DNA of 64,000 bases, taken from positions 17,363 to 81,362 of the forward strand of contig CAZPVJ010000013.1 in assembly GCA_964590005.1 (NCBI GenBank), written 5' to 3'. Below, piece after piece: positions 19,880-29,154 of this stretch (positions are counted from its first letter, which is position 1; each line of letters begins with the position of its first letter). The DNA is from an uncultured Alteromonadaceae bacterium. Its GTDB lineage: Bacteria > Pseudomonadota > Gammaproteobacteria > Pseudomonadales > Halieaceae. The translations under genes were made by a program, and so were the position numbers. The notes under the pieces are model-generated. The model worked only from the letters and a program-made list of their open reading frames with translations. It was not told where the DNA came from and did no database searches.

Positions 19880-20080
19880 TTTTTAACCAAATTTTCTGGA
19901 GTAAGAGGTGTAGAAATGATATAACGACGCCAAAATTTGCTCACCCATAAAAAGCGTCATCATTCCTCGAGCAAATAATCCAATATGACGGCAAAGCTGT
20001 GCGTGCAGCGTGAGGCAACACACTCACCAGCTGACGGGCGGCAATGAATACAGGGCGAGGCCCCAAGAGAATTCGATACT

Positions 20081-21841
20081 ATGAAGCAGCTCGGAATTTT
20101 AGACAGCGCATTTATCAACCTTGAGCAAACCAATACACCTCAGCACGTCGGCGGCCTGGGTATCTATGACCCCTCTACAGCGCCCGGTGGCTTTGTGCGA
20201 TTCAAGCAGGTCATTGCCAACTTCGAGAGGCGGCTGAATCAGAACCCGCTCTTCAGAACACGACTGGTAGAGGTACCGGGTGGGCTGGACAGGCCGTACT
20301 GGGTCAAGGACGCCAACTTTGACGTTGAGTTTCACCTGCGTCACATCGCTCTCCCCGCCCCCGGGGACTGGCGTCAGTTTTGTATACAGGTGGCACGCCT
20401 GCATTCGCGGCCACTGGACTTGTCGCGGCCTCTATGGGAAGCCTACATCATCGAGGGCCTGGACAATATTCCCAACCTGCCCGAGGGCTGCTTTGCGATC
20501 TATACCAAGATGCACCACGCCCTGGTGGACGGCGCCGGTGGCTCCAGCTTCATGGCCATGCTCCACGACCTGGAACCCAACCCAAAGGACGAGGGCGATT
20601 TCACCCCCGAGCCACGCCTCGTGGACAGCGAACCATCTGTTGCCGAACTACTCACCAAGGCTTCCATCAACTCGGTGAAGAACACCGTTGGGCTGGTCAG
20701 GGGAGCGGTCAAAAATTCCGTGGGCATGGGCAAATATGCACTGGACATTGCCCGCAAGGAAATACCTGCCCCGGATGTATCAGCCCCGAAAACGATACTC
20801 AACAAACCGGTGGGGCCTCACCGGGTATTCGATGCCGCGGAGTTTCCCCTGGAGGGTTTCAAGGACATCAAGAATGCGGCCGATGTGAAGCTCAATGACG
20901 TTGCACTGGCCATCATCGGCGGTGCTTTGCAGCGCTACCTGGCGGCGAAAGGCGAGAACCCTGAGGGGTCCCTCGCTGCGAGCATGCCGCTCAATATGCG
21001 TACCCGGCGCGACATGACCGAAGAGAACAACCAGGTCGGCGCTGTGTTCGCTTCGATGCATACCGATGTAGAAGACCCTATTGAGCGTCTCCGCGCCGTT
21101 CATGGCACGACCGCTGAAGCCAAGGAGTTTGGCGAGGCGAGTCCCATGGTCGACATATTGAAGATCGCCGGCGCATTCTCACCCTTTATCGCCCGCTCTG
21201 TCGCCGGCTTCTGGGCACGTAACGAAATTTCAAAGCACTTGCCCGTCAATGTTTCGACAGTGATTTCCAACGTCGCCGGTCCCGACTTTCCGCTCTATTG
21301 CGCCGGTGCCAGGATGGTCGACTATTACGGGTTGGGTGTATTGACGCCCGGCATGGGTATCTTCCACCTGGTATTCAGCTACTCGGGCAAGGTAACCCTG
21401 TCTGTACTGGCTGATAGAGACATCATGCCTGACCCGGAGTTTTATCACGATTGCCTGGTTGCCTCTTACGAGGAGATGTATGCGGCTGCAATCAGCCTGG
21501 CTAAGCCGGCCCGAAGCAAGAAAGCCAAGGCCGAAATAAAAGCCAAGGCGAAAGTGAGTTCACCACGCCGAAAGCGAGCGGCAGAGCCCAAGGGTACCGA
21601 CAAGGACAAGGCCAAGCCGTCTAAAGCCCGGGCCGCGAAGGCAGCACCCAAGGCCAAGCCAAAGGCAAAAGCCAAAGCAAAAGCCAAAGCAAAAACCAGG
21701 GCCAAGGCGAAACCCAAGGCCAGTGCCAGCAAGCCCGCGGTGAAAGCCGCCAGTAAGGGTTCACCGAGGCCGAAAGCAACGCGCCGGAAAACGGGTAAAC
21801 CTGACCTGAAGGTCGTGCCCAAGTTAAAGGCCGTATCCTGA
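20081..21841 (+). CDS. Wax ester synthase / acyl-CoA:diacylglycerol acyltransferase (WS/DGAT, AtfA family) with a Lys/Ala/Pro-rich C-terminal extension of about 114 aa
   Basis: Catalytic HHxxxDG motif HHALVDG at 20513..20533. N-terminus MKQLGILDSAFINLEQTNTPQHVGGL and a C-terminal NVAGP motif are typical of AtfA-like enzymes. Confidence 0.9.
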   Translation: MKQLGILDSAFINLEQTNTPQHVGGLGIYDPSTAPGGFVRFKQVIANFERRLNQNPLFRTRLVEVPGGLDRPYWVKDANFDVEFHLRHIALPAPGDWRQFCIQVARLHSRPLDLSRPLWEAYIIEGLDNIPNLPEGCFAIYTKMHHALVDGAGGSSFMAMLHDLEPNPKDEGDFTPEPRLVDSEPSVAELLTKASINSVKNTVGLVRGAVKNSVGMGKYALDIARKEIPAPDVSAPKTILNKPVGPHRVFDAAEFPLEGFKDIKNAADVKLNDVALAIIGGALQRYLAAKGENPEGSLAASMPLNMRTRRDMTEENNQVGAVFASMHTDVEDPIERLRAVHGTTAEAKEFGEASPMVDILKIAGAFSPFIARSVAGFWARNEISKHLPVNVSTVISNVAGPDFPLYCAGARMVDYYGLGVLTPGMGIFHLVFSYSGKVTLSVLADRDIMPDPEFYHDCLVASYEEMYAAAISLAKPARSKKAKAEIKAKAKVSSPRRKRAAEPKGTDKDKAKPSKARAAKAAPKAKPKAKAKAKAKAKTRAKAKPKASASKPAVKAASKGSPRPKATRRKTGKPDLKVVPKLKAVS

Positions 21842-21864
21842 GCAGCAACCCGCTAGTGCATACA

Positions 21865-21899
21865 AAAAACCCGGCCTGATCAGCCGGGTTTTTTGTTTT
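21865..21899 (+). terminator. Rho-independent terminator after the WS/DGAT gene
   Basis: AAAAAACCCGGC-ctgatca-GCCGGGTTTTTTGTTTT: a GC stem followed by a T-run. Confidence 0.75.
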
Positions 21900-21937
21900 G
21901 GGCAGGTTAATCCAACCAGGACCAAGCTGGCGGCCAT

Positions 21938-21962
21938 AAAAAAGCCCACCGAAGAGGTGGGC
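21938..21962 (-). terminator. Rho-independent terminator oriented for the minus strand, with no annotated minus-strand gene feeding it
   Basis: The plus strand reads AAAAAAGCCCACC-gaaga-GGTGGGC. On the minus strand the 7-bp GC stem is followed by TTTTTT. Confidence 0.5.
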
Positions 21963-22117
21963 TCGAAAATTAACTCCAGCATGGACCTGGATGGTTTCCC
22001 ATCATCTAAATGGGGTGCCCATCACCACCTTGACTACATCTCTCAAGGCCTGATTAAGAGTTGTAATCAGTGTAAACACTGACTGTTATATATCAAATGT
22101 ATTTGTTTTATACTAAT

Positions 22118-22134
22118 CATGAATTTAATTCATG
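22118..22134. promoter_or_regulatory. 17-bp perfect palindrome CATGAATT-T-AATTCATG at the 5' end of the LysR gene; candidate operator
   Basis: Read directly from the sequence. It overlaps the first in-frame ATG (22119) and lies 9 nt upstream of the preferred ATG at 22143. Confidence 0.35.
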
Positions 22135-22142
22135 TATTAGCT

Positions 22143-23102
22143 ATGGATATAAAAGACCTCGCCCGGGTGGACCTGAACCTGCTACTCGCTTTACAGGTGT
22201 TGCTGGAGGAGCGCAGCGTCTCCCGGGCCGCGGAGCGATTGAATATCACCCAGCCAGCCATGAGCAAGACGCTGTCCCGGCTCCGAAGTACCTTCGATGA
22301 CCCCCTGTTCACCCGCAGCAGCCGCAGCATTCAACCCACCCCCAGGGCACTGGATCTGGCGTATGACCTGCAAGAAGTTCTGGGTAACGTTGTCCGCTTA
22401 CTGGATGTCGTCGAGTTCGATCCGGCCGCCTTCTCCGGGGAGTTCACCATCGCGCTCTCGGAATACATTGGCGCGACATTACTGCCAAACCTGGTTCAGC
22501 GTTTGCACGAGCAGGCGCCGCAATTGAGCATTCGAACCATCACCCGGGTGGACAACCAGCTGGACCAACTAGCCAATGGCCAGCTGGATTTTGCTATTCA
22601 TATCCGTCGTGGCCATTACCCTGCAGATTTTACGGTGGAGGCACTGGGCAGTTCTCCGCCCGCAATCCTGGTTCGGGAGGCGCATCCCTTGACGCAGGGT
22701 GAGATCACCTGGGAGCGGCTGGCAGCTTACCCACTGATCAGCCTGTACATATCGGAATTAGACAAGTCCGAAATAGCACAGACCAGCAACACCTACCTGC
22801 GAGCCAGGGACCCGGAGCAGGCGGCTTTCGAGACCTCCCACCTGCTGACCGCACTGGAGGTCATCAGGAGCACCGATTACTTCCTGCGCGGCCCGGAATT
22901 TGTCACTCGCAACCGCGCCGCTACCGAAGGCATCGTCGCCCTGCCCCTACCGGCCGGCAGCGAATACACCATGGACTACGTCATGGTCCGCCATGCACGC
23001 ACCGCCAATTCACCGCTGCACCATTGGCTTTGGCAGGAAATTCTCTCTGTCATCCAGGGCCAGAGCTCGCGGGTGCGCGTTCCGGGTCTGCTGTCCACGT
23101 GA
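22143..23102 (+). CDS. LysR family transcriptional regulator
   Basis: The HTH reads LNLLLALQVLLEERSVSRAAERLNITQPAMSKTLSRLR, starting about 10 residues after the ATG at 22143 as in typical LysR proteins. Confidence 0.85.
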   Translation: MDIKDLARVDLNLLLALQVLLEERSVSRAAERLNITQPAMSKTLSRLRSTFDDPLFTRSSRSIQPTPRALDLAYDLQEVLGNVVRLLDVVEFDPAAFSGEFTIALSEYIGATLLPNLVQRLHEQAPQLSIRTITRVDNQLDQLANGQLDFAIHIRRGHYPADFTVEALGSSPPAILVREAHPLTQGEITWERLAAYPLISLYISELDKSEIAQTSNTYLRARDPEQAAFETSHLLTALEVIRSTDYFLRGPEFVTRNRAATEGIVALPLPAGSEYTMDYVMVRHARTANSPLHHWLWQEILSVIQGQSSRVRVPGLLST

Positions 23103-23182
23103 AGCACTCCTGCGCTCGAGGCCGTGTCTGTGGCATACTCCTCGGCCATCGTTAAGCACGCCGGCACGGCAAAGCAGCACTC

Positions 23183-23998
23183 ATGAGCAAGAAGAAACGG
23201 CGCGATATTCCTCGCTTCAACACAGCGATCATCGAGACACACTGTCACCTGGATTATCTCGACGATGATGGCCTGCAGGACACCCTGCAACGGTGTAACG
23301 ATCTGGGCATCGAGCGGATTATCACTATCGCCGTCTCCCCGGATAACCTGGGCACTGTGCTGTCCTTGACGCGCACTGCTGACAACATCTGGGGCACCCA
23401 GGGGATTCACCCCCATGAGGCAGACGCCTACAACGACAGCGTTGAAACGTTGATCAGGACAGGGTGCAGTGACGAGCGGATTCTTGCCGTCGGCGAAATC
23501 GGCCTGGACTACTACTACGATCATGCGGATCGAAGCGCACAGAGAGAAGCGTTTGAGCGGCAATTACAACTCGCCGTTGAGTTGGAAATGCCCGTGGTCA
23601 TTCATACCCGCGAGGCTGATGACGATACGCGAGCCATCCTGCAAAACTTCGAAAGCGCGCTGACTCGCAAGGGCGTAATACACAGCTTCACATCGAGTCT
23701 GGCGCTGGCAAAATACTGCCTGGACAGTGGCTTCATGCTCGGATTCAATGGAATAACAACCTTCAATCGTGCCGATAATGTACGGGAAGTGGTGGCCGCC
23801 ACCCCGCTAGACAGGATCCTGCTGGAAACCGACGCCCCATACCTCACGCCCGTGCCCTATCGCGGCAGACCCAACGCACCCCACTTCCTGCCCTTCGTGG
23901 CGGAGAAAGTGGCCGAGGTAAAAGCCGTTGATATAGAGGTACTACTGCGACAGGCGCACGCCAATAGTTTGCAGCTGTTCTTTCAGGGACCGGCCTGA
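23183..23998 (+). CDS. TatD family metal-dependent hydrolase / DNase
   Basis: ETHCHLDY near the N-terminus, EIGLDYYY, VIHTREA, LLETDAPYLTPVPYRG. Confidence 0.9.
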   Translation: MSKKKRRDIPRFNTAIIETHCHLDYLDDDGLQDTLQRCNDLGIERIITIAVSPDNLGTVLSLTRTADNIWGTQGIHPHEADAYNDSVETLIRTGCSDERILAVGEIGLDYYYDHADRSAQREAFERQLQLAVELEMPVVIHTREADDDTRAILQNFESALTRKGVIHSFTSSLALAKYCLDSGFMLGFNGITTFNRADNVREVVAATPLDRILLETDAPYLTPVPYRGRPNAPHFLPFVAEKVAEVKAVDIEVLLRQAHANSLQLFFQGPA

Positions 23999-24119
23999 AA
24001 ACACACGACTGCGTTCAGCTTTTTACCCGGTGTATCGCCCCGCCACGCGGGTTCGGTGCTAAACTACGCCACCCCAACCCGGCCTGCGCATACGTGCGCA
24101 ATGGATAACAACGGCATAC

Positions 24120-26882
24120 ATGGATTACATCATAGGACAGCGCTGGGTTAGCCATGCCGACGCCCAGCTTGGCCTTGGCATCATCGTGGAACTCGAAGGC
24201 CGCCGGGTTACCGTCAACTTTCCGGCAGTTGGCGAGGAGCGCACCTACGCGACTGAAAATGCACCACTCACGCGGCTGCGCTTCAAGCCGGGCGATTTTG
24301 TATCGACGGTCAACGATGTCGAGTTGAAGATCCTGGAGGTCGAGGAATACCAGGGTCTGCTGATCTACGTCGGCACCGACCACCACGACGAAATGGTGAC
24401 CATCTCCGAGCTAGAGCTGGACGCCTTCGTCCAATTGACCACACCACAGCAGCGGCTGCTTAACGGACACTTCGACAAAAATCGCGACTTCGCGCTCAGA
24501 GTCGCCACCCTGAATCATATCGCCCGCATGCAAGGCTCAGGTGCCCGCGGCCTGATGGGTTCAAGAACCAGCCTGCTGCCTCACCAGGTGTATATCGCCA
24601 ATGAAGTTGGCCAGCGGTTCGCACCCAGGGTGTTGTTGGCAGACGAGGTCGGGCTGGGCAAGACCATCGAAGCCGGCATGATCATCCACCAGCAACTGCT
24701 CACTGGCCGCGCCAGCCGGGTGCTGATACTGGTACCCGCTAGCCTGTTGCACCAGTGGCTGGTGGAAATGCTGCGCCGTTTCAACCTGCATTTCTCGCTG
24801 TTCGATAATGATCGGCTGGCGGAGATCAGCGAGGGTAACCCCTTTGAGACAGAGCAACTGGTGCTCTGCGCCAGTGACTTGTTTGACCAGCAACCGGATC
24901 TGCAGTCACAGGCCCTGTCCGCCGACTGGGACATGGTTATCGTCGATGAAGCACACCACCTGCACTGGTCGGAAGACGCCGTCGGCGAGGACTATCGCTT
25001 CGTAGAGGCCCTCGCCAGGCACAGCGCGGGCTTGCTTTTGCTGACCGCCACACCAGAGCAGGTGGGGCAAGCCAGCCACTTCGCCCGACTGCGCCTGCTC
25101 GATCCTTCGCGTTTCCACGACCTGGAAAGTTTTCGGCAACAGGAGCAGCACTATCGACAGTGGAGCGACCTTGTCGACGCCCTGGACCGGGGAGAGCACC
25201 CTGCTGATCTTCCCGAGGGCCTGGACCCGGCAGAGGCCCCGGAAGACCTGATTGCCAAGATCCTGGACCGACACGGTACGGGGCGCGTACTGTTTCGCAA
25301 CACCCGCGCCGCAATCAGCGGGTTCCCACAAAGACAGCTGCACGCCTATCCGCTGCCGTCACCCGAAGAGTACGCCCTGGCGGATGTCGACCTGGCAGCC
25401 AGGCTACATCCGGAACTGCCCTATGTGGATGATAGCTGGCTCAATTTCGACCCGCGTGTGCAATGGCTTGAGGACACACTGAAAGACCTGCGGCCTGAGA
25501 AAGTGCTGGTCATTTGCGCGCATGCCGATACAGCCGTCGCCCTGGAGCATCATCTGCACCTGCGCGCCGGGATTCGATCGGCGGCGTTTTATGAGGGCTT
25601 ATCGATCATCGAGCGGGATCGCGCCGCGGCCTATTTCGCTGACGATGTCAGCGGTGCCCAAACCCTGGTGTGTTCCGAGATTGGCAGCGAGGGCCGCAAC
25701 TTTCAGTTCGCCCATCACCTGATTCTTTTCGATCTGCCACTGAACCCTGACCTGCTGGAACAGCGGATCGGCAGGCTGGACCGCATAGGCCAGTCCGAAG
25801 ACGTACATATTCATGTGCCCTACCTTGAGGGCACTGCCCAGGAAGGCTTACTGGAGTGGTATCAACAGGGGCTGAACCTGTTTTGCGATAGCTGTTCTGC
25901 TGGGTACATGATTTTTGAGAATTTCCGCGAGCGGCTGTTGCCTGAACTGACACAGCGCACAGACGCCTTCCCGACTCTCATCGCGGATACAGCTGCCTTC
26001 ACCGAGCAAACACGCAACGAACTTCGAGAGGGCCGCGATCGACTGCTGGAACGCAATTCATGTAAGCCGGAGTTCGCCCGGCAGCTCATCGAGGAAATCA
26101 GCGCCAATGAGGACAGTGAGGTCCTGCAGGACTACCTGGAGGCCCTGTGCGAGTCATTTGGCGTCGATCATGAATTTCACTCCGAGCGAGCGTTGATTCT
26201 CCGTCCGACTGATCACATGCTGACCGGTCACTTCCCCTACGTGAAAGAGGATGGCACCACGATCACCTTCAGTCGCGATATGGCGCTGGCCAGGGAGGAT
26301 ATGGAGTTTGTCACGTGGGAACACCCGATGTTGGTTGAGGCCATGGACATGGTGCACTCAACCGAGCTGGGCAATGCCGCCATCGGTACCATAAAGCTGA
26401 AAGGCATCGCCCCTGGCACCATGCTGCTCGAATCAATCTACACAGTGAATTGCGTGGCGCCGAAGGCACTGGAGGTTGAGCGCTTCCTGCCGCTGTCCCC
26501 CATGAGATTGCTGGTCGATGCGCGTGGCAAGGAATTGGCTGAACTGGTACCACACGAGCGTCTCAATACGCTGGTCGAAAAGGTCCAAAAACCGACCGCG
26601 CTGGCCATCATCAAGCGGGTCCAGAAAGAAGTCGACGCCAAGATGGCGCTGGCCAATGCCCAGGCCGAGGAACGCTTGGCAGCGCTACTGGACAGCGCGG
26701 AGAGCGCCATGCGCGAATCACTGGGTGCTGAGCTGCAGCGCCTGGAAGCGCTGCAGGCGGTCAATCCCTCAATCCGGCAGGAGGAGATAGATCACCTGCG
26801 CTATAGGATCGACGAGTGCGCACTGCATATCCAGCACGCCAACCTCCAGATGCAGGCCCTGCGCCTGATCATTACTACCTGA
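24120..26882 (+). CDS. rapA: RNA polymerase-associated SNF2-family ATPase RapA (HepA)
   Basis: 920 aa. The N-terminus MDYIIGQRWVSHADAQLGLGIIVE is typical of RapA. It also has Walker A DEVGLGKT, a DEAH box (VIVDEAHHL) and helicase C motifs. Confidence 0.95.
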   Translation: MDYIIGQRWVSHADAQLGLGIIVELEGRRVTVNFPAVGEERTYATENAPLTRLRFKPGDFVSTVNDVELKILEVEEYQGLLIYVGTDHHDEMVTISELELDAFVQLTTPQQRLLNGHFDKNRDFALRVATLNHIARMQGSGARGLMGSRTSLLPHQVYIANEVGQRFAPRVLLADEVGLGKTIEAGMIIHQQLLTGRASRVLILVPASLLHQWLVEMLRRFNLHFSLFDNDRLAEISEGNPFETEQLVLCASDLFDQQPDLQSQALSADWDMVIVDEAHHLHWSEDAVGEDYRFVEALARHSAGLLLLTATPEQVGQASHFARLRLLDPSRFHDLESFRQQEQHYRQWSDLVDALDRGEHPADLPEGLDPAEAPEDLIAKILDRHGTGRVLFRNTRAAISGFPQRQLHAYPLPSPEEYALADVDLAARLHPELPYVDDSWLNFDPRVQWLEDTLKDLRPEKVLVICAHADTAVALEHHLHLRAGIRSAAFYEGLSIIERDRAAAYFADDVSGAQTLVCSEIGSEGRNFQFAHHLILFDLPLNPDLLEQRIGRLDRIGQSEDVHIHVPYLEGTAQEGLLEWYQQGLNLFCDSCSAGYMIFENFRERLLPELTQRTDAFPTLIADTAAFTEQTRNELREGRDRLLERNSCKPEFARQLIEEISANEDSEVLQDYLEALCESFGVDHEFHSERALILRPTDHMLTGHFPYVKEDGTTITFSRDMALAREDMEFVTWEHPMLVEAMDMVHSTELGNAAIGTIKLKGIAPGTMLLESIYTVNCVAPKALEVERFLPLSPMRLLVDARGKELAELVPHERLNTLVEKVQKPTALAIIKRVQKEVDAKMALANAQAEERLAALLDSAESAMRESLGAELQRLEALQAVNPSIRQEEIDHLRYRIDECALHIQHANLQMQALRLIITT

Positions 26883-26895
26883 GTAACTAACCGAA

Positions 26896-27504
26896 TCAGC
26901 AACCTGCTTTGCGATTGGTTTTATGTCGGCGTTGGGAGCAATTGGAATCGCGGCGATTTTTATCTTCAGCATCATCGGTCGATACTGACTCGCCAGCCGC
27001 TGCTGTCGTCGAAAGCGCTGCTGCCGGATCCGTCTCAAACGCAGCGATTTGCTCTACCACGCCATCAACCAATTCGTTGGGGATGGGCACGCTGAGGTTG
27101 TACTGGGCAATCAGCCAGCTACCCTTTTCACGCAGTAACATCCCGCTGCCGCGACAATTGCCAAGGCTGGCGTTCTCCAGGGCCTCATCAAACCAGGCGA
27201 CATCGCCATTGGTCGAGATATCCACGTTGCGGGATACCGGCACATAGACCCAACCGTCACCGTTTTCGAAGCGGGGCCGGGCAAAGTCGCGAAACTCGGC
27301 GCCCTGCCACCGCTCCTTGCCATCGGTACCCAGGAACACCACATCCTCTGTCATAAGACCCACGTAGGCGGGGTAATCGGCAGTCGCCGCCGCCCGATGG
27401 AACGCGTCCAGCGCCTGGTTGATCTCCTGGCGGTCGTCTCCCGCCGCCAGCAGGGGTACCAGCAACAGCACGAGAGATACGCTGAAAGAGGGGATACGGT
27501 GCAT
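26896..27504 (-). CDS. Secreted SnoaL/NTF2-like (DUF4440-like) protein
   Basis: Signal peptide MHRIPSFSVSLVLLLVPLLAA, then a region of about 130 aa with NTF2-like spacing (FHRAAATADYPAYVGLMTEDVVFLGTD...WLIAQYNLS). The fold call is from pattern only. Confidence 0.55.
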   Translation of the reverse strand: MHRIPSFSVSLVLLLVPLLAAGDDRQEINQALDAFHRAAATADYPAYVGLMTEDVVFLGTDGKERWQGAEFRDFARPRFENGDGWVYVPVSRNVDISTNGDVAWFDEALENASLGNCRGSGMLLREKGSWLIAQYNLSVPIPNELVDGVVEQIAAFETDPAAALSTTAAAGESVSTDDAEDKNRRDSNCSQRRHKTNRKAGC

Positions 27505-27542
27505 TACTTACTCCTGAGTGGCAGTGGCCACAATTGGATGGC

Positions 27543-29075
27543 TTAGGTGTCACCCTGTGCAGCAGCCAGCGCCCGGACGATCACCGAACGGGTGTCGGCA
27601 GGGTCGATTACCGCGTCAATTTCCAGGTGCGCCGCGGCCTCGGAAGCCTTGCCGACCTCGTACATCTTGGCCAACAGTTCTTCGAACAGGGTATTGCGTT
27701 CGTCAGGGTCGCTTACTGCCTCCAGCTCCTTGCGAAAGCCCAGGCGCACAGCTCCCTCCAGGCCCATGGCACCAAACTCTCCGGTTGGCCAGGCGGCACT
27801 GTACACAGGTTCAACAAAACTGCCCCCGACCATGGCCATGGCGCCCAGGCCATACCCCTTGCGCAGGAAGATGGCGACCACCGGTACCTGCAATCGGGCG
27901 CCCACCCGGAACAGGCTGGACATTCGTCTCACCGCGCCCTCCTCCTCGCTCGCGGGCCCCACCATAAAACCAGGCGTATCGGTGAGTGAGACAACCGGCA
28001 AGCCAAAGGCGTCACAGGTACTCAAAAACTCGGCAGCTTTCTCGCTGGATTCCGAATCCAGGGCTCCTCCCAATTGCTGGCAGTCATTGGCCACCAGCGC
28101 AACCGGTTTGCCCTCGATTCGCATGAACCCGGTTACCACACCGCGTCCGAAAACCCGTCGCAGCTCGAGGAAACTGCCCTCATCGGCCAGGGTGTCTATC
28201 ACCCGCCTGACCGGGTAAGCCCAGCGTCGATCCTCGGGGATGATATCGCGAAGGAGCAGCTGGTCCGGGCACCGCCAATCCGCAACAGGACCCTGGAAAT
28301 ACGATAAGAGTTGCCGCGCCAGACGGGTCGCATCGGCCTCGTCCTCAGCGATTATGTCGACCACGCCGTTGCGTTCCTGGCTTTTACTGGGGCCGATTTC
28401 AGTCGGCTCATAGCGACCCAGGCCACCGCCCTCAATCATCGCGGGACCCGCCATGCCAATCCAGGAAGTTCGGGTGGCTATCCCGAAATCAGCACATCCG
28501 AACAGAGCTGCATTGCCGGCGAAGCAATAGCCATTGTTTACGGCGATTCGGGGTACTTGCCCACCCAGGCGGGCCCAGGCACTGAACGAGCGAACATCAA
28601 GACCGGCGATCTGGGTGGTGACATCGGTATCGCCCGGCCTGCCGCCACCACCCTCGGTGTACATGATCACAGGTAAGCCCAGGCGCTGGGCAAGCTCGCA
28701 GGCGCGATCGAGTTTCTTGTGGTGAAAGAAGCCCTGGGTGCCGGCGAGCACAGCGTAATCATTGACGATAACCACGGCCTGCGCCTTCGTGGAACCCACC
28801 AGCTCGACATTGATACTGGCCAGGCCGGTGATAATGCCGTCGGCGGCCGTGCTGGTCTGCAGGTCCTCATAGTCGCGCCGGTTGCGCTGGGCGGCCACAG
28901 CGAGCTGCCCATACTCAACAAATGAGTCAGCGTCGACAAGGTCAGTCAGGTTTTCACGGGCAGTACGATAGCCTTTGGCATGCCGCTTGTCGCGCGCTTC
29001 GCCTCTTTCGTCATCCAGCGTCCTGGCCTGCCGCTGCTGTAGGGCCAGCAGCTCGGGGCGGGTGTCTTCGGTCAT
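27543..29075 (-). CDS. Acyl-CoA carboxylase carboxyltransferase (beta) subunit family protein
   Basis: 510 aa with two crotonase-like halves typical of PccB/AccD5/MccB: AVVIVNDYAVLAGTQG and PVVSLTDTPGFMVG...GYGLGAMAM. Confidence 0.85.
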   Translation of the reverse strand: MTEDTRPELLALQQRQARTLDDERGEARDKRHAKGYRTARENLTDLVDADSFVEYGQLAVAAQRNRRDYEDLQTSTAADGIITGLASINVELVGSTKAQAVVIVNDYAVLAGTQGFFHHKKLDRACELAQRLGLPVIMYTEGGGGRPGDTDVTTQIAGLDVRSFSAWARLGGQVPRIAVNNGYCFAGNAALFGCADFGIATRTSWIGMAGPAMIEGGGLGRYEPTEIGPSKSQERNGVVDIIAEDEADATRLARQLLSYFQGPVADWRCPDQLLLRDIIPEDRRWAYPVRRVIDTLADEGSFLELRRVFGRGVVTGFMRIEGKPVALVANDCQQLGGALDSESSEKAAEFLSTCDAFGLPVVSLTDTPGFMVGPASEEEGAVRRMSSLFRVGARLQVPVVAIFLRKGYGLGAMAMVGGSFVEPVYSAAWPTGEFGAMGLEGAVRLGFRKELEAVSDPDERNTLFEELLAKMYEVGKASEAAAHLEIDAVIDPADTRSVIVRALAAAQGDT

Positions 29076-29154
29076 GGCTCTCCCGGGAGCACGGTTACAA
29101 CCGGGCCACTATACCCGCTACCGGATTGTTCGCACAGCCTGCCGACGCCGCGCT

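Noticed and set aside
21647-21721. GCN-AAR hexanucleotide tandem array as a CRISPR-like or non-coding satellite repeat
   Set aside because: It is in frame within the WS/DGAT ORF and encodes the KAKPKAKAKAKA tail. There is no spacer/repeat organisation and there are no cas genes. It is reported instead as a coding low-complexity feature.
23183-26882. TatD nuclease followed by a 920-aa SNF2 helicase as a possible phage-defence pair
   Set aside because: The helicase has the full RapA/HepA layout, including the characteristic N-terminus (MDYIIGQRWVSHADAQLGLG), and it is a core RNA-polymerase recycling factor. TatD is a common housekeeping hydrolase. The two genes are separated by 121 nt, and there are no other defence-like or mobile genes nearby.
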